Shown: positions 1 to 8,891 of the stretch, in pieces
Numbering within the stretch: the stretch's first letter is position 1
Layout of the letters: each line of letters starts with the position of its first letter
Assembly: GCA_038523235.1 (NCBI GenBank)
Contig: JBCBJQ010000115.1
Span: 1-18,393, forward strand
DNA length: 18,393 bases
Reading direction: 5' to 3'
Origin: Cyanobacteria bacterium J06626_4
GTDB lineage: Bacteria; Cyanobacteriota; Cyanobacteriia; Phormidesmidales; Phormidesmidaceae
The notes under the pieces: model-generated
Told to the model about the DNA's origin: nothing
What the model saw: the letters and a program-made list of their open reading frames with translations, nothing else
The model's database searches: none
Position numbers and translations under genes: made by a program

Positions 1-34
1 CTTCAATCGTCAAAATTGCTAAATAATACGCCAT
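1..34 (-). CDS. possible 5' end of a gene running off the left edge (MAYYLAILTIE...)
   Basis: Minus-strand ATG at 34 preceded by CGGAAAA, open for 11 codons to the window edge. It is divergent from the GDPD gene across an AT-rich intergenic region. Too short to identify. Confidence 0.25.
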   Translation of the reverse strand, partial: MAYYLAILTIE

Positions 35-493
35 TTTTCCGATTGAAGTGACCGCTTGAAATGAATATTTCCCGTCGGTTGATATTGAGGAACGAGACCC
101 AAAACCTCTGTAATCTTTATTTTGTTAAGCTCTACGTCTAAGGATTATTCAAGCTCGCAAAAAGCCCGATGCAGTTCAGCAGTCTGGCTATCGGCATACT
201 AACGATTGTGGGCAAGAACGACCTGAGATGAGTGATGGTCTAGATCTGTGTGCAGTTCGTCTCAGAGTATTGGAGGAAAAGTGGTTCTGCAGAATTCATC
301 CACAGGTATAGCGCCTCGATCGATTCAGTCTGATCTCAGCCACATCCCTCAGACCTGAGGTGCGGGCTCTGCAAGCTTAATAATTTACGTTAACGGCTTT
401 GTCCTCGACGGATTGGGTGACAGCTGGGCCGATATTCTGGAATTACAGCAATTTCTCTCACTAGCGATATCGAGTTGGGTCAACTAAACACCG

Positions 494-1351
494 ATGACAC
501 CTGTGCGATCGCCCCTCTTCAAAGATGCTCAGCGGCCTCTGATTTTCGGCCATCGCGGCGTGCCCGAAGACCATCAAGAAAACACGCTGGCGGGCTTTCA
601 GCGGGCGGTTGAACTGGGGTTGGATGGTGTCGAACTCGATGTGTTTTTGACTCGCGATGAACGGTTGGTGGTCTTTCATGACTTGCATACTCAGCGCCTC
701 ACGGGCACGCCTGGCAACATCACCCAAATGACCTGGTCTGAAATTCAGCAGCTCACGATCAAGCCGATTCTCGACGTGGGCGACAAAATCATTAACTATG
801 GTCGCGAAGCCAAGATTGTCTTGCTAGAGCAGGTGCTGGAAGAAATGCGCGGCCACCTGATCGTCGATATTGAGATCAAAGCCTATGGTCTCGACTTTGG
901 GCAGCGCCACACCGGCACCGCCGTCGCTAACCTGATTCGCCACATGGGGATGGAAACGGAGGTGTTTGTTACCTCGTTCAACTTTTGGCCACTGATCTGG
1001 CTAGAGCGCACCTACCCCGGTTTAGAGTCAGGCTTTACCTATTCCCCCTTATTTATCAAAAATAAAGCGCTAAGGGGACTGATGGAATCCAGTCTGATGG
1101 GGCGGTGGATTGGCGCGACGCAGACGAATATGAGCCTTCCCATGTTTGATGACGAAACGGTGGAGCGAGTGCATGCCAAGGGGCTGGGTCTCGGTGGCTG
1201 GACCGTGTTTTCCCAAGATTCGCGCTGGCTGGGCGAATCGCTATCGCCAGAGCAAGAGCTGCAGATTGTGCAGAATCTGGCGGCACGGGGCATTGATTAT
1301 TTCATCACGGATGATCCGGTGCGGCTGCGGCAGGTGTTGGGAAAGGAGTAG
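494..1351 (+). CDS. glycerophosphodiester phosphodiesterase (GDPD, GlpQ/UgpQ family)
   Basis: 285 aa. N-terminal GDPD signature IFGHRG...ENTLAGFQRAVELGLDGVELDVFLTRDERLVVFHD, internal DIEIK, and C-terminal GIDYFITDDP. Confidence 0.93.
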   Translation: MTPVRSPLFKDAQRPLIFGHRGVPEDHQENTLAGFQRAVELGLDGVELDVFLTRDERLVVFHDLHTQRLTGTPGNITQMTWSEIQQLTIKPILDVGDKIINYGREAKIVLLEQVLEEMRGHLIVDIEIKAYGLDFGQRHTGTAVANLIRHMGMETEVFVTSFNFWPLIWLERTYPGLESGFTYSPLFIKNKALRGLMESSLMGRWIGATQTNMSLPMFDDETVERVHAKGLGLGGWTVFSQDSRWLGESLSPEQELQIVQNLAARGIDYFITDDPVRLRQVLGKE

Positions 1352-1438
1352 AGGGTGGAGCGTAGAGGGAGCGAGGGTGAATTCTGGACATGGGTGCTCC
1401 CGATCTGCGAGAAAGCGGAGCTGGGGAGCTGAGGGAGC
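1350..1438 (+). repeat. purine-rich short repeat tract (AGAGGGTGGAG ... GGAGCTGGGGAGCTGAGGGAGC)
   Basis: Lies between the convergent GDPD and EcsC-like genes. The same motifs recur in reverse complement at 12811-12852. Confidence 0.5.
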
Positions 1439-1454
1439 GTTGGTTGCGGAGATC

Positions 1455-3071
1455 CTATGATTGCAAGCGATCGCGCAGGCTTTGGGCGATCGCGGTGGTT
1501 TCAGCTGGGGTGGTTTCGGGGGGGCGATCGCTTAACTGGGACAAGATCGTTTCGAGTACGGTTTGTTCTTCAGCGGTGACAACGCCATCGAGTTCGGTTA
1601 GGCGCTCACATTGGGCTAATAGGCAGACGGCAAACTCGTTGTCTAACTGGTCTAATAACTGATTGAGATCAGCCGGGCTGTCAATTTCCTGTTGAATCAC
1701 CTGCAAAGATGCGGGGCTCAAGTTGAGCGTGGCGAGTTGGGGCCAGAGGGTTTCCCAGTCAGTGTCGGGATATCCAGCCACCACCACATGGGTCAAAATG
1801 CGATCCATCACGACTTGCTGTGTCGTCCACCCTTCCACTTGGTCAGCTTGGGAAAGTTCGGCGATCGCCACCGTGTCGTCGGGGGCAGCTTGCTTCGCCT
1901 CATAGTATTGAGCGGCGGCATGACCCACGGCATAAAGCGCTACCGCGTTGGTACTCGCGCCAACGGCCGCCCCTGCAATAGGAATGCCCCGCGCCAAGTA
2001 GGTGAGGCCGGTTTTGAGCACCTGGTTGCTGCCGAAGGCCAGGCCAAAAATCGCCAAGATCTCTCCTTTGCGGTCTTCATCATAGACGTCGAAGCCGTAG
2101 GCATCGGCAATTTGATAGCCCATTTCGGCTTGCATTGCTGTGGTTGCGGCCAGATCGACGGCGACCATGGCAGCAGCAAAGCCGGGCAAGAGGCTGCTGG
2201 CTAAGCCAGTACCGCCGACATAGAGGGCCTTGCGCGCCATGATGCGCCGCGAGAGGCGAGCGGGCGTGTCTTCGGGATATTGTTCTTGCAGTTGCTGCAC
2301 TTGCTGAGCGGCTTTGGCGACGTCAACCTGGTCTAAAATTTGCAGCAGCCAATCGACCTTCAAGACTTTGGTCAGGCTCTGCAACTCGGCGTTTTGGTTG
2401 ACGGCCTGCACCAAATCGCTGAGTCCTTGGGGCACGTTTGCTGCCGTTTGGCCGATCGCTCCCCAGGCATCGACGGAAGTCCGCACCACTTTGCCTCCGG
2501 TGCGAGCGGCGGCGCTGCCCAAGGTTTGAGCCGTGTCGGTCACGGCGTCAGAGACCACCTCGCCTCCTTGACTCGCCACCTGACCGACCGCACTGGCAGC
2601 CGTACCCACTGCTCCCAAGACCGACTGGAAGCGTGACTGACTCGCTTCTGCGGTCGCGGCATCAGGGCTGTCAGCTGCAGCCGCTGCATCACTGGTCGAA
2701 TCTGCCGTGGCGGTCAGGGGCTCGCCGCTCGCCTTGCTATCGCTTGTCATTGCGGTGTCACTCGCTGCGCCCGCCGGAATATCGAGGGTAGTATGCCAAG
2801 CGGGAAAGTCGTCGTCCTGCAGCCAACCATAGATGTCCACGCGGGTCACCTGGGGTAGCTGAATTTCGCTAAATAAGCTGTCGATGTACCGGCTCGATCG
2901 CGACTGATCCGGCACAACGGCCCCCTCTAGCCGCAGTTTGTAGCCTGCTTTGTGGCGACCAATTTTGACCGTTAAAGCCGGTATTTTGATCTGGGCCTGA
3001 ATGAGTTCAACGATGGCGTCGGTTTCACCCTGGCGGGCAGCTTGCAGTAAGGCGGGGCGATCGATGGACAT
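1455..3071 (-). CDS. EcsC/DUF697-like multidomain protein (cyanobacterial N-terminal domain, A/D/S-rich linker, EcsC-like hydrophobic core, TerB-like C-terminus)
   Basis: 538 aa, ATG start. The core KALYVGGTGLASSLLPGFAAAMVAVDLAATTAMQAEMGYQIADAYGFD...EILAIFGL...IPIAGAAVGASTNA is typical of EcsC/DUF697-type proteins. The C-terminal DGVVTAEEQTVLETI resembles the TerB motif. Confidence 0.72.
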   Translation of the reverse strand: MSIDRPALLQAARQGETDAIVELIQAQIKIPALTVKIGRHKAGYKLRLEGAVVPDQSRSSRYIDSLFSEIQLPQVTRVDIYGWLQDDDFPAWHTTLDIPAGAASDTAMTSDSKASGEPLTATADSTSDAAAAADSPDAATAEASQSRFQSVLGAVGTAASAVGQVASQGGEVVSDAVTDTAQTLGSAAARTGGKVVRTSVDAWGAIGQTAANVPQGLSDLVQAVNQNAELQSLTKVLKVDWLLQILDQVDVAKAAQQVQQLQEQYPEDTPARLSRRIMARKALYVGGTGLASSLLPGFAAAMVAVDLAATTAMQAEMGYQIADAYGFDVYDEDRKGEILAIFGLAFGSNQVLKTGLTYLARGIPIAGAAVGASTNAVALYAVGHAAAQYYEAKQAAPDDTVAIAELSQADQVEGWTTQQVVMDRILTHVVVAGYPDTDWETLWPQLATLNLSPASLQVIQQEIDSPADLNQLLDQLDNEFAVCLLAQCERLTELDGVVTAEEQTVLETILSQLSDRPPETTPAETTAIAQSLRDRLQS

Positions 3072-3125
3072 CCGAGAGTGAGCGCTTGAGGTTAATGGTC
3101 AACATTTAACCAAACTGGCGGTCAC

Positions 3126-5960
3126 CTAGCGTCCATCGTTGAGCTGATTTAACAGGGTTTCCAGCTCCTGTTGGGCTTGGCCGTAGGCTTCCCAATCGTT
3201 ATTTTGGAGTGCCTGTTGACCCGTTTCATAGGCTGCTAACGCCGCCTGAATGCGAGTGGCTTGCTCGGGTGTCAGGGTGGCAGCCGGTGTCTCGGTGGCT
3301 CCGGTAGCCGTGGCGGACTCGGGGGTCGCAGGCGGTGGGGTCGCAGCGGCGGGAGCGCGATCGCCAAAAATAGCGGAGAGCGCATCATCGAGGGTTTCGC
3401 GCATGACAATGTCGTTGTCATAGGCGACGATGACTCGCTTCAGGGCCGGCAGTTCGCTCTCCTCGGCTTGCAAATACACCGGTTCGACATAGAGCAACGA
3501 CTCCTCAATGGGAATCACCAGCAAATCGCCCCGCACCACCTGGGAGCCCTCTTGGTTCCACAGCGTCAGCTGCTGCGAAATTTCGGGCGTTTGGTCGATG
3601 CGCGCTTCGATTTGACTGGGGCCGTAGACTAGCTGCTGTTTGGGAAATTCATAGACCAGCAGTTTGCCATAGTTGTCGCCATCAGAGCGCCCTGCTAGCC
3701 AAGACACCATGTTGTCTTTGTTGATGGGGGTAAAGGGCAGAATCTGAATGAACTCCTCCGTCTCCGCGTCGGGCAGGCGCATGATGACGTAGTAGGGCGA
3801 CATCTGCTCTCGCCCTTCTTCATACACCTGCGTGGGAAAGCGCCACAGGTCTTCGCGGTTATAAAAGACCTCGGGATTGGCCATGTGGTAGGTGCGGTAC
3901 ATCTGCGCCTGCAGGGTAAACAGGTCGTGGGGATAGCGAAAATGCTCCCAAACGGCCTCCGGTGTATCGGCAGCTGCTTGGAACAGGGTGGGGAAGATCT
4001 GGCGATAGGTGGCCAAGATCGGATCGGCTTCATCCACCACGTAATAGGTCACTGTGCCGTCGTAGGCGTCGATCACGACCTTGGCGGCATCGCGCACATA
4101 GTTGCTGCCCGATCGCGCCAGACTGCGAATGGTGCTGTTGTCTGTCAGGGAGCCAATGTCATTGCTGCGAATCAGCGGCTCGGAATAGGGGTAGCGATCG
4201 CTGGCGGTGTAGGCGTCCACAATCCATTTCAAACGCCCGTCGATGACGGCAATGTAGGGGTCGCCGTCATAGGTCAAAAATGGTGCAATTTGGCGGGCGC
4301 GCGCTAAGACATCGCGATGGTAATGCAGTCGTGAGTCACCGGTGATGTAGTTCGAGATCAGGACTTTTAAGTTCCCCAGATCTGCGGCATAGGCCAGCCG
4401 CCGCCACCAGGAATCAAGGGCCACGCCGCCCGGTCCGCTATAGCGATAGAGGGCGTTGTCATCTCCTTCGCGGTAGTCAAACTCGTCGGTGGTGGTGCCG
4501 GTAAAGATGTAGTTGTCGGTGACCTCACCGTAGTAAATGCGCGGCTGCTCAATGTTTAAATCGACGGTGGAAACGGGCGGCACGTTTTTGATCATGAGTT
4601 CGGGTAGGCCACCGGGGGTGATGCGATTGACCGGACTCATGACGATGCCGTAGCCGTGGGTAAATTTGAGCCGCTGGTTGACCCAGGTTTGGGCTTCAGC
4701 CGGCGCTTCGTCATAGTCCATCTCGCGGGCTGAGAGCATCACCTGCCGGTAATCGCCATTAAGGATGTAGCGATCAATATCGACATCGTGAAAGTGATAA
4801 TACAGCCGAATTTCCTGGAGCTGCTTGTAGGTACTCAGCAGGGGGCGATAGTCCCACAGGCGAATGTTGTCTACCGTGGAGTCGTTGTTGCTCAGGACGT
4901 CGCGGGTGATGCCCGTAGTGGCAGGAAAGGGTTCACTCTGCACCTGATCGAGGGCATAGGCGTCGCGAGTAAAAGCAATGTTGTACTCGATATAGGGCCG
5001 TTCGCGGGTGAGTTCGTTGGGCTCGACTAAAAACCGCTGCTGAAACCAAGGATACAGACCGCCCACGACGACCAACACTGCCAGATAGAGGATGATGCCG
5101 ACCATCGGCAGCACAAAGCCGCTGCGCCACAGCGACAAAATAAATAGGGTCGCCACCGCTAGCGTAACGAAGGCCATTGTCCAGTAGGCGTGCAGCCGGG
5201 CATGCACGTCGGTATACCCCGCTCCAAAGACGACGCCATCGGCGGAAAAGAGTAGGTCATAGCGACCGTAGAAAAAACCCGCTGCGATCGCGATCGCCAG
5301 CAGGGCCAACAGCCCACAGAGGTGTCCTTTGACTTCACCGGTTAAAAAATATTTCCAGCCGCGTTCGGGCCGCAGCTCACCTTTGAGGGCATAGACGCCA
5401 AACGAGAGCACGATCGCCCAAATCAACAGCTGCACAATCGCCGTTTGTAACCCTTCGTAGATGGGCAGACGAAACACGTAGAAGCTGATGTCTTGTTGAA
5501 ACAGCGGATCGAGCTGACCGAACTGACTGGGATTCAAAAATTTGAGAATGCCATCCCAGGCGGCGGCACTACTCATAGCCGCGTTAAACGAGAGTAAAAC
5601 GATGAAGGCAAACGCCACATAGCGGGGCAAATAATCAGCCACTGCCGCCAGGTTGCGCTCCTCTAGCAGTCGCCAAGACGATTCGCGGGTGAGCCACAAT
5701 GCCAACCGATAGTTGGCATACAAGAAGGCGGCATAGCCCGCCAGGGCGAAGGCCCAAATCGTGGCTTGCCAGCGAATCCGGGTCCAAAAGATAGTGTCAT
5801 AGCCGATGGCATTAAACCACCAAGATTCTGTCAGTAAGTGCAGTATCGTGCCTGACAGCGCCAGGATCAGGAGCACCGCGATCGCCCCCAGCAAAAACAG
5901 CGGCGGGCGGCGACCAAAATCAGGTAAGTTTGCGCGTTTCACAATCGATAGGGGCTTCAA
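3126..5960 (-). CDS. UPF0182 family integral membrane protein
   Basis: 944 aa with a TTG start (exact start uncertain). Several N-terminal TM helices, with family motifs WWF..IGY..IFWT, DPLFQQDISFYVFRLP, GAGYTDVHA, NIRLWDYRPL, THGYG, PRIYYGE, NYVRDAAKVVIDAYDG, FRYP.DLF, FYNREDLW and LLYVEPVYLQA. Confidence 0.95.
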   Translation of the reverse strand: MKPLSIVKRANLPDFGRRPPLFLLGAIAVLLILALSGTILHLLTESWWFNAIGYDTIFWTRIRWQATIWAFALAGYAAFLYANYRLALWLTRESSWRLLEERNLAAVADYLPRYVAFAFIVLLSFNAAMSSAAAWDGILKFLNPSQFGQLDPLFQQDISFYVFRLPIYEGLQTAIVQLLIWAIVLSFGVYALKGELRPERGWKYFLTGEVKGHLCGLLALLAIAIAAGFFYGRYDLLFSADGVVFGAGYTDVHARLHAYWTMAFVTLAVATLFILSLWRSGFVLPMVGIILYLAVLVVVGGLYPWFQQRFLVEPNELTRERPYIEYNIAFTRDAYALDQVQSEPFPATTGITRDVLSNNDSTVDNIRLWDYRPLLSTYKQLQEIRLYYHFHDVDIDRYILNGDYRQVMLSAREMDYDEAPAEAQTWVNQRLKFTHGYGIVMSPVNRITPGGLPELMIKNVPPVSTVDLNIEQPRIYYGEVTDNYIFTGTTTDEFDYREGDDNALYRYSGPGGVALDSWWRRLAYAADLGNLKVLISNYITGDSRLHYHRDVLARARQIAPFLTYDGDPYIAVIDGRLKWIVDAYTASDRYPYSEPLIRSNDIGSLTDNSTIRSLARSGSNYVRDAAKVVIDAYDGTVTYYVVDEADPILATYRQIFPTLFQAAADTPEAVWEHFRYPHDLFTLQAQMYRTYHMANPEVFYNREDLWRFPTQVYEEGREQMSPYYVIMRLPDAETEEFIQILPFTPINKDNMVSWLAGRSDGDNYGKLLVYEFPKQQLVYGPSQIEARIDQTPEISQQLTLWNQEGSQVVRGDLLVIPIEESLLYVEPVYLQAEESELPALKRVIVAYDNDIVMRETLDDALSAIFGDRAPAAATPPPATPESATATGATETPAATLTPEQATRIQAALAAYETGQQALQNNDWEAYGQAQQELETLLNQLNDGR

Positions 5961-5984
5961 TCCGTAGTGAGTAATACCTCTACC

Positions 5985-7823
5985 CTAGCGAGCTTTTTCC
6001 ATTTCTAAAATTTCTGCGATCGCTAGGGCATCTTCGCGGCGGGCACGGCGATCCGTTTTTTTGACGTCGAGGTCTTTTTGCAGGTAGCGCACATAAAACT
6101 CCATCATGTGGTCAGCCACGATATCAGCACCGGGCTGACGCACACTGACGATAAAGCCCAGTAGGCGATCGAGCCAGCGCTGACTGACGTAAGAATTTTC
6201 GTGCAGCTTGCCGCGCCAGTCAAAGTAGCGAAACTGCCCCATGTGGCCATACAGCCGACCCGGATTAACCGGATTGATCTGCGGCGGAATTAAGGGCACG
6301 ACATCATTGTTGTTGACATAGCGAAACATGCGATCGCCCATGCGGCTATTGACCGCGCGGGTAAATGACCAGTCGCCTACGCGCGGTTGCCCAAAGGTAT
6401 ATAGACCGGCCACCTTAAATCCCTGATATTCCAAAGAGGTGGCGGCCAAAGCTGCTAATGCGCCGCCCAGACTGTGGCCCGTGATCCATAGTTGAGTCTT
6501 GCCGGGCACATACCACTTCTTCAGCCGATAGAGCACGCGCTTTTCGATGCTTTGCCACGCATCATGAAAGCCCCGATGCACTTCACCGGTGGGGATGGCA
6601 TCGTCTTGAGGCATCCGAGCGACGGCAAACTGCTTCATCCGAAATTTGAAATTGGTGGCCCAATCAGCGGCCTGTTGACTGCCTCTAAACACCAGCACAA
6701 TGTGCTGATGTTTGCGAAACATAAAGGCTTGGGTATCGGTGGAGCGATTCGCCAAATACTTATAATCGTCATCCAAATTGACTGTTGTCTGGTCTTCTCC
6801 TTCTCGTAGCCAGCTTTTCATGACGTCTACCGTGTAGTCGGCAGGGGGCATTTTCATCCATTTATTGTCGCTATCGGTGCCCAGCCAGAGGCGCACAATA
6901 TCTTCAACATATGCGGTATCTTCGTAGACCAAGTGCGATGCCTTGGCCATACATAAGGCCCGAAAGGCACTCATGACTGAATTTTCACGCTCAATGTTAG
7001 TGAAGTCATGGGTGGAATAGGGTGGCGGCAAAATCTTGTAGCCGTAGCGTTCAAATAAGTCTTGGACGCCCGTATAGCCCGCCCAATAAATGTAGTGAAA
7101 CAGCTGATCGTAAAAGCCCGATCCGCCCTTGCGCCGATATTGGCGATCGCCAATCACCCGTACCCAATAGACGATAAAAGGTTCTAGATCTTCGGCGGTG
7201 ACGATGTTCGCCACAATGGCATTGTCACAGGCTTCTAACGCCCCTAAAAACTCATCAAACCAGTCTCGGAGGGTCAGCTCAATCACAAACTCTTCGTCGC
7301 GATATTTGTGCAACACTCGCGTCATATTTTCCGCCATCTTGCCTGGCTGATTGCTTAGCTGGGTCAAGATGTTGAGCCCTTGCCGGGTTTTGACCATTTG
7401 GTCATGGGAACGGAGGGCACGCTTGAGCCGTTCGTCAGTGGCCTCAAAGCGCAAAGGCTGATCGCTGTCGGGCAGACGAATTTCGAATTGCCGATACTCT
7501 TCAAAATCTAAAATTTCTGAGACGTTACGGATGGCGCGCTTACGCGTAAAGTCTGCCACGACGTTGCGAGCCAGTTCACGACGCTGCCACTGTTTAGTTT
7601 TGAGGTAACGATCAATTCCCGCTACTGCCGCTATCCCTCCCATCAACAGGGCAAAGGCGGCCATCCACTGAGCGCCTAATTGTGATTTTGCTAGCAGATC
7701 AGGGGTGAGTTCTGGTAAGGCGGGCGGGGCCACCTCGAGAGGGGAGACCTGGGCCATCAGGGGTGAGATAAGGCTCACAAAAACAGCGGTCAGTACCGCG
7801 ATCGATGCCAGTTTGATGCGCAT
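5985..7823 (-). CDS. membrane-anchored lipase class 3 (alpha/beta hydrolase) with an uncharacterised N-terminal helical domain
   Basis: 612 aa. Signal-like N-terminus plus a second hydrophobic helix. The C-half has VLVFRGS, VHRGF, the nucleophile elbow TGHSLGGALA, YTFGQPRVGD, NNNDVVP and DHMM, giving a plausible Ser-Asp-His triad. Confidence 0.88.
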   Translation of the reverse strand: MRIKLASIAVLTAVFVSLISPLMAQVSPLEVAPPALPELTPDLLAKSQLGAQWMAAFALLMGGIAAVAGIDRYLKTKQWQRRELARNVVADFTRKRAIRNVSEILDFEEYRQFEIRLPDSDQPLRFEATDERLKRALRSHDQMVKTRQGLNILTQLSNQPGKMAENMTRVLHKYRDEEFVIELTLRDWFDEFLGALEACDNAIVANIVTAEDLEPFIVYWVRVIGDRQYRRKGGSGFYDQLFHYIYWAGYTGVQDLFERYGYKILPPPYSTHDFTNIERENSVMSAFRALCMAKASHLVYEDTAYVEDIVRLWLGTDSDNKWMKMPPADYTVDVMKSWLREGEDQTTVNLDDDYKYLANRSTDTQAFMFRKHQHIVLVFRGSQQAADWATNFKFRMKQFAVARMPQDDAIPTGEVHRGFHDAWQSIEKRVLYRLKKWYVPGKTQLWITGHSLGGALAALAATSLEYQGFKVAGLYTFGQPRVGDWSFTRAVNSRMGDRMFRYVNNNDVVPLIPPQINPVNPGRLYGHMGQFRYFDWRGKLHENSYVSQRWLDRLLGFIVSVRQPGADIVADHMMEFYVRYLQKDLDVKKTDRRARREDALAIAEILEMEKAR

Positions 7824-8011
7824 AACCCCTGTTGTATCCCTGTAATACCGAATGATGTTGATGCTACCGGAAAACTTGTCGGCGACATCACCCTTTAACG
7901 CTTTGTTGATATGACAGTCGTTAGTCCGATGGGGATTAGAGTGCGGCGCTACGGCGCTACTGCGTTCAGCAATAGAGTGCTGCCCAGTCTCTTCAGCAAA
8001 GTGGCCAGCGC

Positions 8012-8017
8012 TATACT
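8012..8017 (+). promoter_or_regulatory. putative -10 element (TATACT) for nfi
   Basis: 5/6 match to TATAAT, ending 8 nt before the nfi ATG. No clear -35, which is common in cyanobacteria. Confidence 0.35.
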
Positions 8018-8025
8018 GCTAAGTC

Positions 8026-8757
8026 ATGAATGTGATCATGCCTGAGACTTGGCCCCAGACGCCTGCTGCCGCGATCGCCCTGCAGCAGGAGCTGCGATCG
8101 CAGGTGATCGGTCATGATAATTTATCCCCGGCCGTGCAATTTGTGGCGGGTGTCGATGTCGGGTTTGAGGCCGGTGGCACGATCACCCGCGCTGCCGTAG
8201 TCGTGTTGGAATTTCCTTCTTTGCAGCTGGTGGATTATGCCCTGAAAAAGCAGCCTACGACCTTTCCCTACATCCCTGGACTGCTGTCCTTTCGAGAAAT
8301 TCCGGCGGTGCTGACTGCCCTCGCGGCGCTCACGGTTACGCCGGATCTCATTCTTTGTGACGGTCAGGGATTGGCGCATCCACGCCGGTTGGGCATTGCC
8401 TGCTACTTAGGGCTCTTGGTCAACTGCCCCACCATCGGCGTGGCAAAATCGCGCCTGATTGGCCGTTATGCTGAGCTGCCGCTCGAAAAGGGCGCCTGGG
8501 TGCCGCTGCTGGATGGCGCAGAAACGATCGGTGCTGTGCTACGCAGTCGCACTGGCACGCGGCCTCTCTACATTTCAGCGGGCCATCGCATCAGCTTGCC
8601 GACGGCGCTGGATTATGTGCAGGGCTGCACGCCCCAATATCGCCTGCCTGAGACCACGCGCCTAGCGGATCGGTTGGCGTCGAATCGTAGTCGGCTACCC
8701 CCGCTCAAACCCGTGAATATTGACGTTGGTGTGCAGTCGGGCAATCAGAGTGACTAA
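8026..8757 (+). CDS. nfi: endonuclease V (deoxyinosine 3'-endonuclease)
   Basis: 243 aa with EndoV motifs VAGVDVGF, FPYIPGLLSFRE, LILCDGQGLAHPRRLGIA, PTIGVAKSRL, PLYISAGHRISL and YRLPETTRLAD. Confidence 0.96.
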   Translation: MNVIMPETWPQTPAAAIALQQELRSQVIGHDNLSPAVQFVAGVDVGFEAGGTITRAAVVVLEFPSLQLVDYALKKQPTTFPYIPGLLSFREIPAVLTALAALTVTPDLILCDGQGLAHPRRLGIACYLGLLVNCPTIGVAKSRLIGRYAELPLEKGAWVPLLDGAETIGAVLRSRTGTRPLYISAGHRISLPTALDYVQGCTPQYRLPETTRLADRLASNRSRLPPLKPVNIDVGVQSGNQSD

Positions 8758-8819
8758 GGCGGTCGGTCGCGGCGGCTAGGGGGCATAAACTTGCGCTGCC
8801 GATGAATCGCTTGAGACAG

Positions 8820-8847
8820 GCAGGCGCCCTGTTGCGATCGCGCCTGC
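8820..8847. terminator. GC-rich hairpin between convergent nfi and the PG-binding gene (possible bidirectional terminator)
   Basis: GCAGGCGC (8820-8827) pairs with GCGCCTGC (8840-8847) around a 12-nt loop. No U-tract. Confidence 0.3.
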
Positions 8848-8891
8848 TGCTGACCAGGGGGCGTTGAGACATGCCGACTGCATGCGTGGCG

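Noticed and set aside
376..396. Pho box (SphR) upstream of GDPD: CTTAATAATTTACGTTAACGG
   Set aside because: The TTAA units are 13 bp apart rather than the 11-bp period, and the match to PyTTAAPyPy is poor.
5964..5977. NtcA-like GTA-N8-TAC (GTAGTGAGTAATAC)
   Set aside because: It lacks the flanking T/A of TGTA-N8-TACA, sits in a 24-bp intra-operon gap with no suitably spaced -10, and is expected by chance.
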